A DNA stretch of 64,000 nucleotides from Bacteriovoracaceae bacterium (GTDB lineage: Bacteria > Bdellovibrionota > Bacteriovoracia > Bacteriovoracales > Bacteriovoracaceae). The notes beneath the pieces are model-generated. The model worked only from the letters and a program-made list of their open reading frames with translations, was not told the DNA's origin and did no database searches. Made by a program: the position numbers and the translations under genes. Below, piece by piece: positions 59,599-64,000 of this stretch; position 1 is the first letter of the stretch, and each line of letters starts with the position of its first letter. The stretch is taken from assembly GCA_041586955.1 (NCBI GenBank), contig JBFGZE010000002.1, forward strand, positions 1 to 64,000, written 5' to 3'.

Positions 59599-60183
59599 AT
59601 GAGACCTACTAGAGTTTATAAAAAAACAAAAAAAACCACAGTCCAACTAACATCTTTATTAGATCTCCTATTTGTGATGATTTTTGTCTCGTTAATTCAG
59701 CAAAAATCTGCGGCACCTATCAAAGTAGAAACCGTCGCTGAAAAAAAAGTGGTGGAACAAGAAGTTCCACCCGTTGCTAAGCCGATCATTAAACCAACTG
59801 CAAAACCTATCTCCACTCCAGCACCTATTAAACCGACTCGCTATACAGTGCGTGCGACATTTAATTTTTATGGCACGCCCAATAATAAGGCCTTACCTCG
59901 TGGTTCTTATGTCATGCAAGGGCAATTTGATGAGAAGACCAGGAAATTGCAATTGGGAGGGAGTCACTGGATTGAGAGACCGAAGCATTATGATATGGTT
60001 CCGCTTTCAGGAGAAATTAATACTGCTAATAACGAATTTAGAGGCCGTATCGAATTTCAAGGTTGCCAGGAATTTACATTGAAAAAAGTTGCTCAATCTG
60101 GTGACAAGGCCATTAGTGGATCCTGGAAGGGAGAGTACTCCTGTTCGCAAGGCCCTACTGGATTGACTCTAACGATTGAATAA
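59599..60183 (+). CDS. ExbD/TolR-like subunit with an atypical periplasmic domain
   Basis: QLTSLLDLLFVMIF TM with the conserved Asp, Pro/Lys linker, beta domain with 2 Cys. Confidence 0.7.
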   Translation: MRPTRVYKKTKKTTVQLTSLLDLLFVMIFVSLIQQKSAAPIKVETVAEKKVVEQEVPPVAKPIIKPTAKPISTPAPIKPTRYTVRATFNFYGTPNNKALPRGSYVMQGQFDEKTRKLQLGGSHWIERPKHYDMVPLSGEINTANNEFRGRIEFQGCQEFTLKKVAQSGDKAISGSWKGEYSCSQGPTGLTLTIE

Positions 60184-60199
60184 ACCTTTCAAATGTTAT

Positions 60200-60228
60200 C
60201 GATGGTATTATAATACCATCGTTTTTTT
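60200..60228 (+). terminator. Rho-independent terminator
   Basis: Perfect palindrome CGATGGTATTATAATACCATCG plus T7. Confidence 0.8.
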
Positions 60229-60243
60229 ATACGGAGCAAACGC

Positions 60244-61047
60244 ATGAATATCGCAATTTTTGGAGGCACTCACGGTAATGAGCCATTAGGCATTGAAGTG
60301 ATCAAAACTTTAGAAAAAAATGGCCCTCATCAAACGAATCATTCCTTTCAAACATTTCTCGGAAACCCTAAGGCCTATGAACTGCAAAAACGTTTTGTCG
60401 ATTGCGACCTCAATCGCTGCTTTGGCGTTAATGGCCGCTCCCATGGTTATGAACAAAAACGTTCACAAGAATTGGTTCAACAGGTTGCAGGGAAGTTTGA
60501 TTTTGTGGTCGATATTCATACCACCACAAGTAATATGGGAATGACCATTATTCTCACTCAAACAGATGAGCGGACGCGTAAGGTGGCCGCCTTTTTGAAA
60601 AAAAAATACCCTAAATTGATTTTGATCGAAACCATTAAAACAGACGAAGAATGCTGTTATATTTGTAATATGGCGCCTAGTGGTTTTATTTTCGAATTTG
60701 GTGCTGTTGCCAATAATGTGATCCGCTTTGATCACTTCAAAATAGTCTATAATATGGTTTTAGATATTCTTAACTTCAATGAAACTGATGAGATCGATTT
60801 ATCTCAAGTTGAATATTTCAAATCTTATGAAGATATCAAGTTTCCGGATGGTTATTATATACACCCTGAAAGAGAAGGAAATGACTTTATGCCTGTGGCC
60901 CCTGGTCAGCCGCTTTTTATCAATTTTTCTGGGGAGGTTTTGAATCATGAAGGCGATGAAACGATATACCCCATGTTTATCAACGAGGCCGCGTATCAAA
61001 ACGAGCGCCTTGCCATGACTCTTTCTAGGAAAAAGATTGGTTTTTAA
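60244..61047 (+). CDS. Aspartoacylase (AstE/AspA family)
   Basis: GGTHGNE, DLNRCF, DIHTT, FINEAAY. Confidence 0.9.
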   Translation: MNIAIFGGTHGNEPLGIEVIKTLEKNGPHQTNHSFQTFLGNPKAYELQKRFVDCDLNRCFGVNGRSHGYEQKRSQELVQQVAGKFDFVVDIHTTTSNMGMTIILTQTDERTRKVAAFLKKKYPKLILIETIKTDEECCYICNMAPSGFIFEFGAVANNVIRFDHFKIVYNMVLDILNFNETDEIDLSQVEYFKSYEDIKFPDGYYIHPEREGNDFMPVAPGQPLFINFSGEVLNHEGDETIYPMFINEAAYQNERLAMTLSRKKIGF

Positions 61048-62191
61048 GGTTTTCGACCGCTGCTTTTAAGACCTCATCCTTTTTAGCAAAACAAAAGCGG
61101 ATAAGATGTTCACCTCGCTCTGGCACTTGGTAAAAAGGAGAGACGGGGATGGCGACCACTTTTTGTGCGACAATTAATTGGGTGCAAAAATCGACATCTT
61201 TTTGCCCGGCTGGTAATTGGCAGATGATAAAATAGCTACCCTGAGGTCTAATAGGGTTATAATTTAAAATCTTTAATTGTTGGAAAAGGTAATCCCTTTT
61301 TTTCTGATAAAAGGTAGAGAGCTCTGTCCTATACTGAGGTAATGACTCCAGGGCCTTGGCCGTGGCGTATTGGGCGGGATGATTGACACAGAAGGTATTA
61401 AATTGGTGAACCATGGTGAAGGCATTGATCAATTTCTCAGGGCCGATCATCCACCCAATTTTAAGGCCGGTCACCCCCATCGTTTTTCCAATACTTGAAA
61501 TAGTGACCACGCGTTCTCGCATCCCCGGTAGGCCGGCCAGTGGAATATGGGGGATATTGTCATAGGTCAGGAATTCATAAACTTCATCACTAATAATATA
61601 AAGATCGTGTTTGATTGCTAAGTCGGCGATGATTTGCAATTCCTCAGGGCCAAAAACTCGCCCTGTGGGGTTATGGGGGTTATTCCAATAGATAAACTTA
61701 GTTTTAGGTCCGATGAGTTCTTCAATCGCAGCAGCTTCAATAGCAAATTCCGGCGCCTTTAATTCTACACAACGAGGAACCGCTTGGGCCATTAGAATAT
61801 TCGCCATATAACTATCGTAAAAGGGTTCAAAAAGCAGTACTTCGTCACCAGGATTGAGAAGCGCCATCGCCGCAAGAAAAAGTGCCTCAGTCGCGCCATT
61901 TGTAATTAAAACTTCCTTATCAGCATTATAATCAAGGCCGTAAAAATCCTTCATTTGTTGAATTAGTTGATGGCGTAATATCGCCGCGCCTTTGGCGGGA
62001 GCATATTGACGGGAATGTAAAGGGGCGCTGGATTTTGAGGCCTCTGATAAGGCCTCAAGCATAAAAGGGGGGCCATCAAAGTCCGGAAACCCTTGACCTA
62101 AATTGATTGCCTGATGATTATTGGCCAATTGGGTCATTGTTGAAAAAATACTGGGAGTAAATTGCTCAATAGTAGTATTAAGAGATTTCAT
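61025..62191 (-). CDS. PLP-dependent class I aminotransferase (YbdL-like)
   Basis: INLGQGFPDFD, NNPHNPTG, SDEVYE, SSIGKT, RFCFAK. Confidence 0.92.
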   Translation of the reverse strand: MKSLNTTIEQFTPSIFSTMTQLANNHQAINLGQGFPDFDGPPFMLEALSEASKSSAPLHSRQYAPAKGAAILRHQLIQQMKDFYGLDYNADKEVLITNGATEALFLAAMALLNPGDEVLLFEPFYDSYMANILMAQAVPRCVELKAPEFAIEAAAIEELIGPKTKFIYWNNPHNPTGRVFGPEELQIIADLAIKHDLYIISDEVYEFLTYDNIPHIPLAGLPGMRERVVTISSIGKTMGVTGLKIGWMIGPEKLINAFTMVHQFNTFCVNHPAQYATAKALESLPQYRTELSTFYQKKRDYLFQQLKILNYNPIRPQGSYFIICQLPAGQKDVDFCTQLIVAQKVVAIPVSPFYQVPERGEHLIRFCFAKKDEVLKAAVENLKNQSFS

Positions 62192-62278
62192 AATAGTATA
62201 TGGCCTTTGTGGTGACTTTCGCTCCTGTATTGTTTTTGTTAGACTCTATCTTGTCAAGTGTGTGTAAACGAGGTGTAT

Positions 62279-63106
62279 ATGACTCAATCGAAAACAGATT
62301 TCCCCTACCTTCATGGCTTCGATGACCAAGAACAGCAAAGGCTTCGTTATCAGGCCGAATTAAGCGAATTTACAATCTTCGAAAAAATTAACTTTTCAGA
62401 TGCGAAGAATATCTTAGAAGTGGGATGTGGCGTCGGTGCTCAATCTGAGATTCTTTTGCGGCGTTTCCCTAAGATTCACTTGACGGGGATAGATCTCTCA
62501 GAGAGACAATTGGCCTCATGTCGTCGCCATCTTGATGAGTTGGGTTTTGCTAAAGGCCGATATGAGATAAAAAGAATGGATGCCCATCGCTTGGACTATA
62601 AGGCCCATGAGTTTGATGGTGCTTTTCTCTGTTGGGTATTAGAGCATATGCCTAATCCTCTTCAAGTATTATCCGAAGTGAGACGTGTTTTGCGACCTGG
62701 TGGTCAAATTGTAGTCAATGAAGTAATGAATAGCTCCTTTTTTCTCGACCCTTACTCACCCAATGTTTGGCAATATTGGATGGCCTTTAATGATTTTCAA
62801 AATGAAATAGGTGGAGATCCCTTTATCGGGATGAAACTAGGTAATATGCTCTTATCACTTGGTTTTCGTGATATCGAAACGGATATCAAGGCCTGGCATT
62901 TTGATAATCGTGCTCCTGAGAAGCGCCGGAGCTTTATTGAATTCTGGTCTGAGCTCTTATTGAGCGCAAGCGAGCAATTGATTAAAAGTGGAAAAGTCAC
63001 TAAAGAAGTTGTGGCGGCGGCCAAAGAGGAACTTAACACTGTTGTGGGTGATCCCAATGCGGTCTTTCATTATAGCTTTATGCAAACTAGGGCGCGCGTA
63101 TTTTAG
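62279..63106 (+). CDS. Class I SAM-dependent methyltransferase
   Basis: LEVGCGVG, VLEH, RVLRPGG. Confidence 0.9.
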   Translation: MTQSKTDFPYLHGFDDQEQQRLRYQAELSEFTIFEKINFSDAKNILEVGCGVGAQSEILLRRFPKIHLTGIDLSERQLASCRRHLDELGFAKGRYEIKRMDAHRLDYKAHEFDGAFLCWVLEHMPNPLQVLSEVRRVLRPGGQIVVNEVMNSSFFLDPYSPNVWQYWMAFNDFQNEIGGDPFIGMKLGNMLLSLGFRDIETDIKAWHFDNRAPEKRRSFIEFWSELLLSASEQLIKSGKVTKEVVAAAKEELNTVVGDPNAVFHYSFMQTRARVF

Positions 63107-64000
63107 ATAGCTTCTCTCAATTAGATTTTTTTCAACAGAGCTCACGGCCAGCGACTATTTTACAAAAAGTTTTTGGCCATGATGATTTTCTATCACCTCA
63201 AGAAGAAATTATAAATTGTGTAATGAAGGGGCAGGATGCTTTGGTGCTGATGCCAACAGGAAGTGGGAAATCACTTTGTTACCAGATCCCCGCCCTCGCC
63301 CGGGAGGGGATGGGGATTGTGATTAGTCCACTTATTAGTTTAATGGGAGATCAAGTTCAAAAACTACATGGCCTTGGCGTGCGCGCCCATTTTCTTAATT
63401 CCTCCTTGAAAAAGAGTGACGAAGAAGAAATCACACAGGCAATACTGGACGGAGAAGTCGGGCTCCTCTATATGTCCCCTGAAAGGTTTTGCAAACCAGC
63501 GATTTTATCCCTTCTTAAAAAAGTTAAAATTTCATTGATTGCTGTGGATGAGGTTCATTGCCTCTCTGTTTGGGGTCATGACTTTAGACCTGATTACCGT
63601 CATATGTGTCTGCATCTTAAAAATTTTGACCAGGTACCTAAAATGGCCCTCACGGCCACGGCAGGGCCTGAAACTCAGAGTGATATTATCAAGGCCTTGG
63701 GTTTAAAAAAGGCGCAGGTTTTCAAAACTCCTTTAAGTCGCCCTTATCTGCAATTAACAATGAGGGAGCGTCGCCTTAAAGATTATGATGATTTAATAAA
63801 GGAAGTAAGAGCGCGTAAGGATAAAGCTGGAATTATCTATGCCCAGACACGCAAGGAATGTAATGCGATCTATCGCCTCCTTAAAAAGGAATTAAAAATA
63901 CCCATGGGGATTTATCATGGGGGATTAGCAATGAAGTCGCGTGAGGCCGCCCAGGATAAGTTTATTAAGGGGAAATATTCTCTTATGGTGGCGACCTTGG
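63100..64000 (+). CDS. recQ: RecQ-family DNA helicase (truncated at the window end; start codon unclear)
   Basis: Hand translation: LQKVFGHDDF...MPTGSGKSLCYQIPA...SPLISLM...SPER...AVDEVHC...WGHDFRPDY...ALTATA...YHGGL. Confidence 0.92.
   Translation, partial: MLDSFSQLDFFQQSSRPATILQKVFGHDDFLSPQEEIINCVMKGQDALVLMPTGSGKSLCYQIPALAREGMGIVISPLISLMGDQVQKLHGLGVRAHFLNSSLKKSDEEEITQAILDGEVGLLYMSPERFCKPAILSLLKKVKISLIAVDEVHCLSVWGHDFRPDYRHMCLHLKNFDQVPKMALTATAGPETQSDIIKALGLKKAQVFKTPLSRPYLQLTMRERRLKDYDDLIKEVRARKDKAGIIYAQTRKECNAIYRLLKKELKIPMGIYHGGLAMKSREAAQDKFIKGKYSLMVATL

Noticed and set aside
58962..60183. Zorya ZorAB or flagellar MotAB
   Set aside because: No long ZorA tail, no OmpA-like peptidoglycan-binding domain, no zorC/D/E or flagellar genes

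Overview
Gene-dense, AT-rich bacterial chromosomal segment, most likely from a predatory Bdellovibrionota (Bacteriovoracia-like) genome; this is inferred from the gene content and the many secreted hypothetical proteins. It holds about 57 CDSs, two of them truncated at the window edges (an HI0933-family flavoprotein and RecQ). Recognisable genes include a ccsB/ccsA cytochrome c maturation pair, a penicillin acylase, thiN, putA-proC, tas, an S8 protease, lysC, a VxrAB-like two-component system, an RlmI-like methyltransferase, an SLT-PilZ pair, an ABC transporter, an FKBP and an aspartoacylase. I found no tRNA, rRNA, CRISPR array, transposase or integrase. The best candidates for undescribed systems are: (1) a GNAT acetyltransferase directly upstream of a histone-H1-like Lys-repeat/SWIB protein, in an apparent operon with a Cys-depleted NifU-like protein; (2) a three-gene outer-membrane barrel + lipoprotein + 5'-nucleotidase-lid/ExeM-type nuclease operon, a candidate DNA-scavenging system; (3) a stand-alone TolQ/ExbD-like motor pair with an atypical periplasmic domain; (4) an AT-rich secreted HD-domain + membrane-inserting protein pair. 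All family assignments come from motif recognition by eye; no searches were run.
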